Positions 23,461 through 33,997 of a DNA stretch of 64,000 nucleotides are shown in pieces. The stretch's first letter is position 1, and each line of letters begins with the position of its first letter. Position numbers and translations under genes: made by a program. Under the pieces are notes generated by a model. That model ran no database searches, was not told the DNA's origin, and worked only from the letters and a program-made list of their open reading frames with translations. Source of the DNA: Clytia hemisphaerica (Eukaryota); the NCBI RefSeq assembly GCF_902728285.1, contig NW_027103286.1:3228497-3292496 (forward strand), read 5' to 3'.

Positions 23461-25036
23461 GGACCTACCTAAGGTAGTCCTTTAAATTAACCCTTGTCCG
23501 TTCGTTCGTCCGTTCGTTCGTTCGTCTGTTGCCAGCTTTTCTCGGGATCGGCTCATTAGTTTTTTCTAATTTTTTGCACAATGATGCAAAATGGCAATGC
23601 CCAAAATGTGACGGAGCCCGATTTTCGAAAAAAAAAATTTCCGGCCGAAAATGGCGGAAATATGCCGGAAAAACTGGTTTTTCGGCATTTTCTCGAGATT
23701 TCATCATTAGTTTTTTCTGATTTTTTGCTCAAAGATGCGTATTAACAATGCCCAAAACATGGTCTAGTCCGATTTTTGAGAAAAAATTTTTTCCGGCCGA
23801 AAATGCCGGAAATATGCCGGAAATCGCCGTTTTTCTGGATTTTCATTGGACTTTTCCATATAATTGGTTGTTTTTTCATTCAAAAAGATTATCAATAGCA
23901 ATTCCCACCATCAAGCATGTTTCAATTTTCAATAAAATTGATTTTTGAAGCCGGAACTTTCTAAAAATCGCCGGAACAGCCGATTTTCGCCGGAAAAACG
24001 GTATTTCTTGAATTTCTTGAGCTGTACTTTATATTTTTTCATGAAATTTTGCACATTGATGCAAAATGTCAATGCCTAAATTGTGACGGAGCCTGATTTT
24101 CGAAAAAATTCATTTCCGGCCGAAAATGCCGGAAATATGCCGGAAAAACTGGTTTTTTGGCATTTTCTCGAGATTTCATCATTAGTTTTTTCTGATTTTT
24201 TGCTCAAATATGCGTATTAACAATGCCCAAAACATGGCCGAGTCCGATTTTTAAGAAAAATTTTTTTCCGGCGGAAAATGCCTGAAATATGCCGGAAATC
24301 GCCGTTTTTGCAGATTTTCATCGGACTTTTTCCTTATAATTGGTTGTTTTTTCATTCAAAAACATTATTAATAGCAATGTCCACCATCAAGCATGTTTCA
24401 ATTTTCAATAAAATTGATTTTTGAAGCCGGAGCTATTTAAAAATCGCCGGAACAACCTATTTTGCCGGAAAGACAGTATTTCTTGAATTTCTCGAGCTGT
24501 ACTTTATATTTTTTTATGAAATTTTGCACACTGATGCAATATGACAATACCTAAAATGTGACAGAGCCCGATTTTAGAAAAACATTTTTTTCTGGCCGAA
24601 AATGCCGGAAATATGCCGGAAAAGCCGGTTTTTTACATTTTCTCGAATTTTCATCAAAAGTTTTTTCTGATTTTTTGCAGAAAAATGCGTATTCCCAATG
24701 CTTAAAACATGGCTGAGTTTTTTTGATTTTTGAAAAAAATTTTTTTTTGGTTGAAAATGCCGGAAATCGCCGTTTTTGCAGATTTTCATTAGATTTTTTT
24801 CTTGTATTTCACTCAAAAACATTATTGATAACAACATCAAGCATGATTCAATTGTCAATAAAACTGATTTTTGCGACCAGAACTTTCTATTTATTTTTCC
24901 CCTACAACCCTTCCCTCTCCCCCATCAACAATCAATGATGAATTTATTGCGTTATGCATTTTCGCTAAACGATATACTTTTTGACTGATTTTTTTCTCCT
25001 CGCATTTCTATCCAACTTTCATCATCAGGTAGGTCC
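23461..25036 (+). mobile_element. GGACCTACC-family TIR element whose internal about 480 bp module is tandemly amplified about 3 times (23540-24900). It is inserted in intron 2 of the ankyrin-repeat gene.
   Basis: Left TIR GGACCTACC at 23461 and right CAGGTAGGTCC at 25026-36. The repeated units begin with …ttgcacaatgatgcaaaatggcaatgcccaaaatgtgacggagcccgattttcgaaaaaa…ccggaaatatgccggaaa…. Confidence 0.6.
23540..24900. repeat. Macrosatellite-like tandem array of about 3 units of 480-520 bp, derived from the GGACCTACC element's internal module.
   Basis: The units at about 23540, 24040 and 24520 share over 85% identity. Each carries the motif TTTCCGGCCGAAAATGCCGGAAATATGCCGGAAA twice. Confidence 0.7.
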
Positions 25037-25072
25037 ATTCAGCATCTAGCTTGTTTCGTTTGATTTCGCATT

Positions 25073-25688
25073 ACAGTGGAACCTCTAATTAGCGGACACC
25101 ATCGGGGAAAGGGGTTAGTGTCCGCTAATTAGAAGTGTCCGCCTTTTAGAAACTTTTGATCTCGGAGCTCCAATTTTGAAATTAAGCCATCCCAGGGTGT
25201 CGAAAATACAAAATTGGGGTCTAAAGTACTTATCTGCAGACACTAGGCCCTAGAAGAACAAGAGAAAGGTTATTAAAACGCAACAATTTAGTTTTTAACA
25301 AATAAAAGAAAATCAGTGATTTACGATTTCTTTGGCCCACCTAAATTCGTTGAATGGGTCAAGAGAAAACTGGAAATTTATAGAAATAATTTGAATGATA
25401 AGACTAATAAGTGCTCGAAATAAAAATATCTAAAATTTTTTTTTTCGATTTTGGACGTTTGTGACCAGTTTGATATTCAATGTCCGCTAATTGGAGAGCT
25501 AAATAGGGGTTTTGGTCATTTCGTGCGAAAAAATTTGTCCGCTAATCAGAGGGTCCGCTAATTGAGTGTCCGCCTTTTAGAAACTTTTTTATGAGGATTT
25601 GACTAGGAAACGGCCGAGGAAAATATAATTGTCCGCTAATCAGAGGTGTCCTTCTTTTAGAGTGTCCGTTAATTAGAGATTTTACTGT
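25073..25688 (+). mobile_element. About 615 bp MITE with TIRs CAGTGGAACCTCTAATTAGCGGACAC … GTGTCCGTTAATTAGAGATTTTACTGT and about 10 internal copies of the subterminal motif GTCCGCTAATTAG. It sits in the ankyrin-gene intron.
   Basis: The TIRs and repeated subterminal motifs are visible. An inverted, near-identical copy lies at 51206-51832. Confidence 0.65.
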
Positions 25689-25806
25689 ATAACACTGATA
25701 TGAACAATGCGAAAAAAGTTACAAATGGATAAACGATTGGGACCCTTGTTTACATGATCTGGAAATAGTGGTACAGTGGCATTAAAATAGTTTCTTCTCC
25801 ATTTAG

Positions 25807-25873
25807 GTAGATAGCAGTTTGCAACCGACGAGTCCTGCTTCAGATGCCATGTCTTCTATGTCCAACATCGATG
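25807..25873 (+). CDS. Ankyrin-repeat protein, exon 3 (VDSSLQPTSPASDAMSSMSNID-G), phase 0 in and phase 1 out.
   Basis: Acceptor ttcttctccatttag|GTAGAT. Donor GATG|gtgagtaa. It lies between a tandem array and a MITE inside the intron. Confidence 0.6.
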
Positions 25874-26151
25874 GTGAGTAAAGACGGAGAAATGGAGCGT
25901 TTGCCTGTTTTACCGTTTATAAGATAACTAAAGGTTTTTGAAAATACTGCTCAGCTGCTCATGCCTGGTTAGGTCCCTTGATCTTCACGATTGTAGCTTT
26001 CAAGGCAGGTCTGACCATGAACAGTCATCAGTCATCATTAAATTGTATCTTTTACATTAGATTGAAAGTTACGTTTTTCTGCTCCAGCGGGAGTAAGTAG
26101 AGCCTTGCAGTTTCCATAACCTTGATAATTAAATTTTACCCTTTTTTTCAG

Positions 26152-26489
26152 TCAACTCACCACTACTGTCACACTTGGCGGAGGCTGGTCTTTTGAGTGA
26201 AGTTTCTGATCTCCTGTCACGAGCCAAAGCACGCGATGAAAGCCAGTTGAAACGTTACCAACAACAAGCTAAAGACCTTGATACACAAATCATGTACAAA
26301 CAAAAAGAAATTGAACGTATAAAATCCGAAGTAGAAACTTTGCGTAAGAAACGCAATCGTTGCGATGACGAGACGGCGAAACTTAAGAAAAAACTCGCTT
26401 CTTGCTCGAACGCGATTCGCGAACTTCCTTACGGACAAAACTCGAACACGGGGGAAGCGCAATCAGTTGCTCACTCCCCTGCTACGTAA
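26152..26489 (+). CDS. Ankyrin-repeat protein, terminal exon with a coiled coil (…LAEAGLLSEVSDLLSRAKARDESQLKRYQQQAKDLDTQIMYKQKEIERIKSEVETLRKKRNRCDDETAKLKKKLASCSNAIRELPYGQNSNTGEAQSVAHSPAT*).
   Basis: Acceptor ccctttttttcag|TCAACT at 26150-51. Its phase-1 entry matches exon 3. The heptad-like charged and hydrophobic periodicity is typical of a coiled coil. The stop TAA is at 26487-89. Confidence 0.65.
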
Positions 26490-27585
26490 ATCTCTTTTAT
26501 AGTTTTACAAATTTTTAGTTTTTATAGAGGCGTCTTCATAGTGTAAAACTTATTTTCCTTGTAACTTGTACATTTTCTTTTTGCATTTTTTACAAACTTA
26601 TCGGCCCTTTTTACACTTTTTATTCCTTGTAAAAAGGAACGCGTGACCTTTCTGATACTTCACTTCATATTTGTAGTCTTGATTATCGCGCAGAACCGGT
26701 CTAACAGAAAATGACGTTGTTCAAGTACTCTCAGGTGCCTAATAAATGCCCCCCCTCCCCGCTTTTTAATTTTTATCCATTTCGTCTTTTTTAAAAGAGG
26801 AACACCTTATTTTGTTCTGATTAGCCAGGTTTTATTCTATAATTACCTCTTGCAGGTATTTAAAGGTATAATTTCCAACCCCTCGATAAAAATTTTCCAA
26901 CCTATGAAGAACTTTCCGCGCGATGACGAGGCTTTCATATTCGAGCATTACTTGATTGTCGCTTTATTTCAAAGAATACTTTTTCTTTATGTGATCTTGT
27001 GCGATGTATTTCTTTTTGAACTTTTGGCGCCTGAGAAATTAAAGATTAACAGAGTCAGAATATTTTTATTTCGAGATAGTATTGTACATAGCTGATGAAT
27101 ATAATATTTCTTTTCATTTTTAAAGATATTTTTAACAAGTAAATTTGTGTATCATAGTTCTCGTCTCGGCCCTTGAGTAGGGTCAGATTTTAGTGATTTC
27201 GGCCGTCCGAGAACACTACAAATTTTCATCTCAAAATCTTTCAAGCCTTGTGTTCGAACTGAATGGTTATATCACTACGATATTCTCCGGACATCGATTT
27301 GAAACGAGTTAACGCTAACGCCGTGGGATTTTACGGAGAAGAACTCACCAGTGATATAGCTGTCTCACATTGAGAAAACAAGGTGTGATAAGCATCACGG
27401 TGACATCAATGGAATCGCTCCAATTTTTTTCCTGAGTGAGTAATTTTTGCAAACGTCTTTCGAATTACTCAGCTATTATTAAAACATGAAATATCAAAAC
27501 CTGGATAAAAGTTTTGAAGGTGACCCAACCCCGATTCGCCCGGGATCCCTAGTGTAAAAAAATTTTAACAAGCTACATGCTGAAT

Positions 27586-28053
27586 GGACCTACCTGATGG
27601 CTACTGTAATAAGACAATAGAAAAAATGGCAACAATAGCACGAAAATGCAAACTAAAAAATCAGACCAGATAAAAATATTAAGCCAATTATTGAGAGAAA
27701 TGCTCATTTTCCCTAAAAGCGACAGAAGGGAATTCCCCCAAATACAAAAATCTGATTTTTTACGGCCAAACAAATTTCTGGTAAAAACGGTTTCAGCCAC
27801 TTTTTAAAGAACCTTGCCCTCTATATTTCTGCCAAAAATCAGAAAAAACTGATAAAGCAATTTTGCATAAAGTCCAAAAAAATCTATTTTTAGACATTTT
27901 CGGGCCCAATTTTGCCCAATAATCTTTTTTTCGAATAAATCGGGCTCCCTTACTTTTGGACACCATTGTGCAAAAAATCAGAGAAAACTAATTAGCCAAT
28001 CCCGACGAGGACGAAAAAACATTGGTTAATTCATAAGATTAGGTAGGTAGGTC
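27586..28053 (-). mobile_element. GGACCTACC-family TIR element, short copy, in inverted orientation.
   Basis: Termini GGACCTACCTG at 27586 and AGGTAGGTAGGTC at 28041. The body is the reverse complement of the family consensus (…cgggctcccttacttttggacaccattgtgcaaaaaatcagagaaaactaat…). Confidence 0.55.
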
Positions 28054-29377
28054 GATTTTCTAGGAACACGAGGCTTTAATTCTTCAAATAGAACAAGGTT
28101 TTAGGAACGGCCAAATAAAAAAATGCTGATTGAAGCCTTTTATAGGAGGGGGGGGGTTGTACTTTTACGGTGTGACGGGATTGACCCTTTTTCAGTACGG
28201 TATTACGGGATTTGACGAAAAAAAAAACTAGAAAAAGGTATTTTAAAATCAGACGGTGACGGTATTTGGTCTTATTTTTTGTCATTATGCCGGTATTTGA
28301 ACCTGTACAAACGGGTCAAGCTGGAGTTTTTACAAGGTTTTTGATGATTCGGTTGGTCGTTGAATCTTGAGACAAAGGATTTTATTGCTTTTTCTAAAGA
28401 ACGCGTCATCTCTATTATTTCAAATGACCAATTAGTGAAGTATCTTATAAAAACTCCAGCTGATCCCGTACAAACCAGTGTGACGGTGTTATTATTTTTT
28501 TCAATTTTCGGGATTCATAAAAAACTTTGACGGGAAAACGGTATTTCGAACCCCTACAAACCCTTTATAGAAGAAGGTAATCAAAAACATTTCATACAAG
28601 AAAATTAGTTATAAAATTTACCTGTAAAAACGAAAAAGGAGTGATCTTTAATTTGAAAACCATATTTGATATGTATTTCTGATTTAAAATTGACAAATAT
28701 AATACACAAATGACACATAATAAAAAGCAAGCATCGTTAGCATAAATAATTCGTTATTCCCATAGTCTCTCTCTTGATGCATTATTTAAAAAATCTTCTC
28801 TAATATAATTTATAACATTCAAATATTTCATTTCTATTCGCCGAATACAGCGTGTCAGGAAGAAAATTGGAACGAAATTTCGAGCATTAAACACCTCTAA
28901 TTGTGCGTGTTAAATTAAATTAATCATTTTAAAACTTTTGTAGATTGCAAGGGTTTGAAATCTTAAAATAAATTTAGTTCCACTTTTCCCTCACACAATG
29001 TATCAGGCAAAATTAATTTTAAAATTGTTTTTCTACACTAAATAATTAAGTCAATTATTATAATAAATTACAGTTTTGTTTCGGATGAATTTCTGCTGAA
29101 AGGTATCTCGACCTAAACATGTAAACGTTATCAAAATCGTTTGATTTCCTAATCAGAAAAAGCCAGAGGAAAAACTCAAACAGTAAATTGCAGAGTATGA
29201 CAATCAGTTCACATTTTGTGAGAGCAAACTTTTCCTTTCCTTTTGCTTACTTTTCCGTACTCATAAACATTAAATTTTTTCATCTCGGATTTATTAAAAG
29301 CAAAATGAAAACCGTCATGGCACTCGATGAAGTATTTGTTTAAGTGAGAAGCACAATAAAACACAAGAGCTTGCGGT

Positions 29378-29512
29378 CTATTTAGCAGGTTTGAAGATGG
29401 TGATTTCGGAAGAATCATAACCGGTGACACCGAAACTGTTGTCGATCGCATCCATGAAACGAACACCTGTCAATTGAACGTCTGTGATCGCTTTCTGAAA
29501 CTTCAGTTCGAA
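29378..29512 (-). CDS. WDR54: WDR54-like, terminal exon (FELKFQKAITDVQLTGVRFMDAIDNSFGVTGYDSSEITIFKPAK*).
   Basis: Acceptor ccatttag|TTCGAACTG. In-frame stop TAG at about 29378-80. The listed ORF 29209-29466 overlaps this frame but over-extends. Confidence 0.55.
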   Translation of the reverse strand, partial: FELKFQKAITDVQLTGVRFMDAIDNSFGVTGYDSSEITIFKPAK

Positions 29513-29749
29513 CTAAATGGAGAGAGAAAAGGTGAAAATCAAATCAAAGAAGCTTTTTTTTACTTAACCCTACTCAAACTAATTTGGTACTTTTACCCAA
29601 CTGTGCCTGTTCGATATTAATTCTTTCAACTGGAAAGGTTTTCTCTTAAAGTCAACTTGGCTGAATTACTTAGGACGTATCGAAGGGTTAAACATTCGCC
29701 TTGTAAGAGCTTAGACAAGGCGTAACTTAAGTCCAACAGTTTTACTTAC

Positions 29750-29800
29750 CGTCTCGACGTCGAAAAGTCTAAGGAAGGTGTCTTCTGAGGCTGTCACCAC
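29750..29800 (-). CDS. WDR54: WDR54-like, exon 6 (VVTASEDTFLRLFDVET), phase 0/0. The intron on its upstream side (29801-31482) contains the whole GPCR gene on the opposite strand.
   Basis: Acceptor aatttgttag|GTGGTG. Donor GAGACG|gtaagtaaaac. Exactly 51 nt. Confidence 0.55.
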
Positions 29801-30211
29801 CTAACAAATTGGAAAGAGAAAAATTTGTTAAATTCTCATATTTTCTTTTGAAGAACGAGCCTGAGCTGCATCATTTTTGTGAGGATTATTGAGCTGAGAT
29901 TTAAATTGCTGTTTTAATTGACCTTTTCATAAATTACGTCACGAACATCACTTGCCTCGTTTTGAAATTATTGCCATGGTGATTAACTCCCAGTGAGTTT
30001 TATTAAAACTACTTTCTTTTTATTTATTCTTCTACCTCATATCTTAAAGAATTAATAAAGAGATTCGACGGTTTGTTTGTTTGTTTTTATCGGTATAAAG
30101 TAATTAGACATGAGTTTGTAGATTTATAACGAGTTCTTAGAATGATTCATAACATCACGTTCTGAAATCAAAGATTATATATGGAGAGACAAGTGAAATA
30201 TCGAGAACATA

Positions 30212-31225
30212 ATGAACAAGTCGCTCAGAGGTAATTCAACGTCCAAGATAATTGATAATGAACTTGCTCCATGCTGGCAAAGCAAATCACTTAAATATTT
30301 AAACCTGAGCTTTGGGCTATACAGTACTTTGATAACCATATTTGGAATTCCAGGAAACCTTTTCATTTGTTTTGTGATAATAAAGGGACAACTTTTGAAG
30401 TCATATCATTTTGTGTTCATCTTATGGTTAGCAGTTTCAGACTTGGTGACGTGTCCATTCCAGCTCCCTCTGGACGCTACAGCTTATTACACATATGATT
30501 GGGAAGAATATTTCATTTCTCCTGTATGGATTGTTTTTGTCAACGCTTTTTGGTATTTTTGTTTTGGTTGGACGATATTCATCCTATTTTTCTTAACACT
30601 GAATCGATTTTATGCAGTGAAGTACCCTCTCCGTCATTTGAGAGTTACCAGAAGTTTGATTAATAAATCTATGTTCGTGGCATTCGCATTATCGGCTGCT
30701 ATTTTCATATTTGCTTTTTTTATTCAAGACTATCCAGAGCCTGGGTATTACGACTTCTTAATGCCAAATTGGGCTGAAGGATTGCTCCTTGCTTTCTTAC
30801 TGCTACCCCTTTTCGCAAGTATGTTGCTGTACGGCTTCATTTTCGAGACTGTTCGAAAGCGACGCAGAGACGCTCAAAGGGAGAGCTCACTCCGTGGGAG
30901 GGTGACAGAAAATCGAATGTACATCACAATGATGTTTTTGGTGATTATCACTTGGCTTCCCTTCAGTATCTATCAAATATATATGCTTTTCGATACCCAA
31001 ATATTTTTGACCTGCACAGGCGAATCTATAGACTCCTTCTTGGCAGCCCTGATTAACCTGAATATTGTTGGCAATGCTTTTATTTATGGATATTCAAATG
31101 CTGTCTTTAGAAAGTATTTTAGAAAGATACCATGCTGCAAGCGACAGAATGATAATGATTGTGCAGTTGAATTGAATAGAATCAGATCAAATCTTTCAAA
31201 TAACGTTACTGAATGTGCCCCGTAG
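30212..31225 (+). CDS. Intronless class-A (rhodopsin-like) orphan GPCR, 337 aa. It has seven hydrophobic segments. NRFYAV replaces DRY at the end of TM3. There is a W..P in TM6. NAFIYGY replaces NPxxY in TM7. The tail is Cys-rich, consistent with palmitoylation.
   Basis: Single uninterrupted ORF. Its TM spacing and GN…LAVSDL…NRF…W.P…N..IYGY landmarks are diagnostic of 7TM rhodopsin-family receptors. It lies inside an intron of the minus-strand WD40 gene. Confidence 0.8.
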   Translation: MNKSLRGNSTSKIIDNELAPCWQSKSLKYLNLSFGLYSTLITIFGIPGNLFICFVIIKGQLLKSYHFVFILWLAVSDLVTCPFQLPLDATAYYTYDWEEYFISPVWIVFVNAFWYFCFGWTIFILFFLTLNRFYAVKYPLRHLRVTRSLINKSMFVAFALSAAIFIFAFFIQDYPEPGYYDFLMPNWAEGLLLAFLLLPLFASMLLYGFIFETVRKRRRDAQRESSLRGRVTENRMYITMMFLVIITWLPFSIYQIYMLFDTQIFLTCTGESIDSFLAALINLNIVGNAFIYGYSNAVFRKYFRKIPCCKRQNDNDCAVELNRIRSNLSNNVTECAP

Positions 31226-31482
31226 AATATAATTTTTAAGATATCTAGAGTTATATAGTGTAGACATTATTTTTCAAAAAATCGGAGCACCATCTCAAGT
31301 TCTTCAATCATAATAAATTTAATGAAAAACAAATGATGCAGACAAGGCTATGTGTCAAACTAAATGAATCACCTACAAATCAGTGAGGAACTTTGTTTTT
31401 TTTATTGTTCCACTTGATCGTTCAATATATTATCGAGAAATCTTTGTTATAAATGTTTCAAAAGAAGAAGTAATTGTCTTAC

Positions 31483-31645
31483 CAGTGTTCCGTCTTGTGA
31501 AAGGTCCATGGCGTTAATCCATTTAGCGTGCGCTGCAACTTCAACGATTATTGTTCCCGTCTTGCAGTTAAACTTTCGAAGGTGTCCAGAACCGTACGCT
31601 GCTATTATGAAGTTCTCGTGCAGTCGAACGCTCGTGCATGGAAAT
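31483..31645 (-). CDS. WDR54: WDR54-like, exon 5 (-FPCTSVRLHENFIIAAYGSGHLRKFNCKTGTIIVEVAAHAKWINAMDLSQDGTL).
   Basis: Acceptor ttatttatgtctag|ATTTCC. Donor ACACTG|gtaagac. The phase is consistent with exon 4, entering in phase 2 and leaving in phase 0. Confidence 0.6.
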
Positions 31646-32250
31646 CTAGACATAAATAATGGGAACATCTTAGCTACCGTCAGTTAAAGGTTTTGTTTTG
31701 ATTGAAAAGTCTGATGACGCTGATGTAGTAAAAACAAGTGCGACAAGATTAGAAAAATGTTTTGAAAAGATGAAAATACATTGATTAAAAAAACATTCCT
31801 CAAACAAAGGGACTTTTACTGATACTCTTTCGAATGTTTTTGTGTTCATAATAAGTGGAACGTTTTCTATCTTATAATCAAAACGATCTTAACGTTACGT
31901 TACGATCGTAACGATCAAAACGAAAATTTGCTCGAAATCAACTTTGCTATTTTCTTGTTTACAAAAGCAATGGAATGTGAGGTCACATCTCGAAACAACT
32001 TTCGATCTTTCACTTGTTTGCAGGATATCGTTGCTTAAAAAAGTAGCTTTAATTTATCTGACTCAGCATGAAGACACTGCCTAAAATAAGCCCCTTTTAT
32101 TCCCGTAAGAAAACCTTTAACAACATAAAAAAAATCAGCCTTTCGTGTTCATGTGAACACAAATAAAATCACTGCTATACAATAGTATCCATTACTCAAG
32201 CCACTAGCTCAAAATTAAAAACACAGCAAAGCAACAAAACTAAAGCCTAC

Positions 32251-32458
32251 CCAAAACCTTCAATTTCGAGCGTTTTGGTGACTGCTCCACCAACTTTCCA
32301 CAAAATGATTTTGCCCATATCATCTGCTGAAACCATACAATCATCCAGTGCATGTAAATCTGTCAATGCACATGTGTGTGCATTGATAGTGTCGTGTAGT
32401 TTAACACCATTTCCTTTTGAGGGAATATCGAAGACATAAATACTCCCATCCGCAGTTC
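32251..32458 (-). CDS. WDR54: WDR54-like, exon 4 (GTADGSIYVFDIPSKGNGVKLHDTINAHTCALTDLHALDDCMVSADDMGKIILWKVGGAVTKTLEIEGF-G).
   Basis: Acceptor ttttattttag|GAACTGCGG. The donor is chosen as TTTGG|gtaggc, since the alternative GAAG|gt breaks the phase with the next exon. Classic WD repeat signature (…GSIYVFD, …ILWK). Confidence 0.6.
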
Positions 32459-32653
32459 CTAAAATAAAATGGAAGCTTGATAGACAGCATTCCACAGTTA
32501 GGGAGCAGGGTTCATAGACCTATTTCAGTTTCAAATTTCATTTAAATTACTCCGACCCAATTGGCAATCCGACAAAAAGATCGAATTTCAATTAGCAAAT
32601 TTGAGACCTTAGAAATCAATGAAAGTAAAATTCAATCAACAATTCCTCCTCAC

Positions 32654-32774
32654 CAATACATATTCGATTATCACCAGCTGCAGTAATTCCTCTGACGAAC
32701 TGTGGTTTCCCTTCTTTAGGATGTGGCTGTAAGGCTTGCCAGAAAATCATCATTGACCCATTCTCATCAAACAT
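32654..32774 (-). CDS. WDR54: WDR54-like, exon 3 (MFDENGSMMIFWQALQPHPKEGKPQFVRGITAAGDNRICI-G).
   Basis: Acceptor ttttctttag|ATGTTTG. Donor TATTG|gtgaggagg. Phase-1 exit. Confidence 0.6.
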
Positions 32775-33003
32775 CTAAAGAAAATGAGGCTACGTTATAT
32801 ATCAACTAATAGGGGAACAGAGGAAAAATATCAATACCAAATACCATTTTATTACTAAATTAAGATTTTTCCCTTGATATTCCAGCTGTCTAAGATAGCC
32901 AATATAGTTTATAACATTGCCCTCAATGTTAGAAAGATAATCAAAAAGGTATCTAATGAACACAGAGACATAGGAGGATGTGAAATGGACAAAGGGAAAG
33001 TAC

Positions 33004-33066
33004 CTGTGCACCTTTGACTGAACCAACAACAAGAAGAGTCCTCTGTGGTAAAACACACCATTTGGC
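33004..33066 (-). CDS. WDR54: WDR54-like, exon 2 (AKWCVLPQRTLLVVGSVKGAQ), phase 0/0.
   Basis: Acceptor tttttttttcag|GCCAAATGG. Donor GCACAG|gtacttt. Exactly 63 nt. Confidence 0.6.
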
Positions 33067-33189
33067 CTGAAAAAAAAATGGGACGTCGAACTTTTAAAAG
33101 ATCTTATAATATGATCATAAGTCCATCTAAGACATTCTGTATCTATCAATTAAAGCATGATTTTTATATCATTTGTGTAATTTGCTGAC

Positions 33190-33405
33190 CTGCATGATGG
33201 TGGAGCTTGTTTGTGTGCCTTCTCCTTTACAAACAACCCTTCTGTATGCAGCTTGGTTGGTCTGTATTTCTTCTGCATCAAACACCCAAACGTTGGATTT
33301 GTGAACAACTGCATACTGAAGACCAGATGCAGATGAAAGGACATCTAGATTATTGTACAGCAGTGAAGCACTGGACTTTATTGACACTGCACTTTGATTG
33401 TACAT
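33190..33405 (-). CDS. WDR54: WD40-repeat protein (WDR54-like), exon 1 (MYNQSAVSIKSSASLLYNNLDVLSSASGLQYAVVHKSNVWVFDAEEIQTNQAAYRRVVCKGEGTQTSSTIMQ).
   Basis: ATG in a good context (aaaATGt). Exactly 72 codons, then donor ATGCAG|gtcagc at about 33189. The family assignment rests on overall similarity to WDR54 across all exons, recalled from memory and not searched. Confidence 0.55.
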
Positions 33406-33997
33406 TTTTATTTTATGATCTACTACGTTTATTTTTTATTTCACCTGATAAACAAAATGAATGTGAAAATGGAAGAAAGTTATTAATTATTCTTAGTTAT
33501 TCAAACCTTTTTCAAATTGTTCAACAGTTTTGATAAATCTGTTATGCCAAACAAATACACAGCCCAAGAAAAACCTTAATAATAACAAAAAAGTGAAAAA
33601 TGTCGACAAAATGACAAAACGTCTCTTTTCTTTTACTGAATATATTGTTCTACTAAATTATAATACATTAAATAAAAATGAAGCTTCATATTAGAAACAC
33701 TATATCAATAGGCCTTCAAGACAATTTTATACAAGGAAACTTTTTAGAGGAATTGATCTGAGATTATCTGCTGCAGGAACAACACCATGTAACAATAAAA
33801 GTTCAGAAAAATATGCTCTTGTAAAGAAATCGAATTTTTGTTCAATTATTAAAAAAGGCACCCTTTGCTGTTTGCTGAGCAAGTTAAATACCTCTTTGTC
33901 TTAGACCTTATATTACCTCATTCGACTCAAAAAAATTAAACAATAAATACACAGAGAGAAATAAGCTATGAGTGAGAATGAAAAATATGTTTAAAAA

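Noticed and set aside
23540-24900. CRISPR-like regular repeat array
   Set aside because: The units are about 480 bp with no unique spacers. The context is eukaryotic and intronic. It is a tandem amplification of a transposon module.
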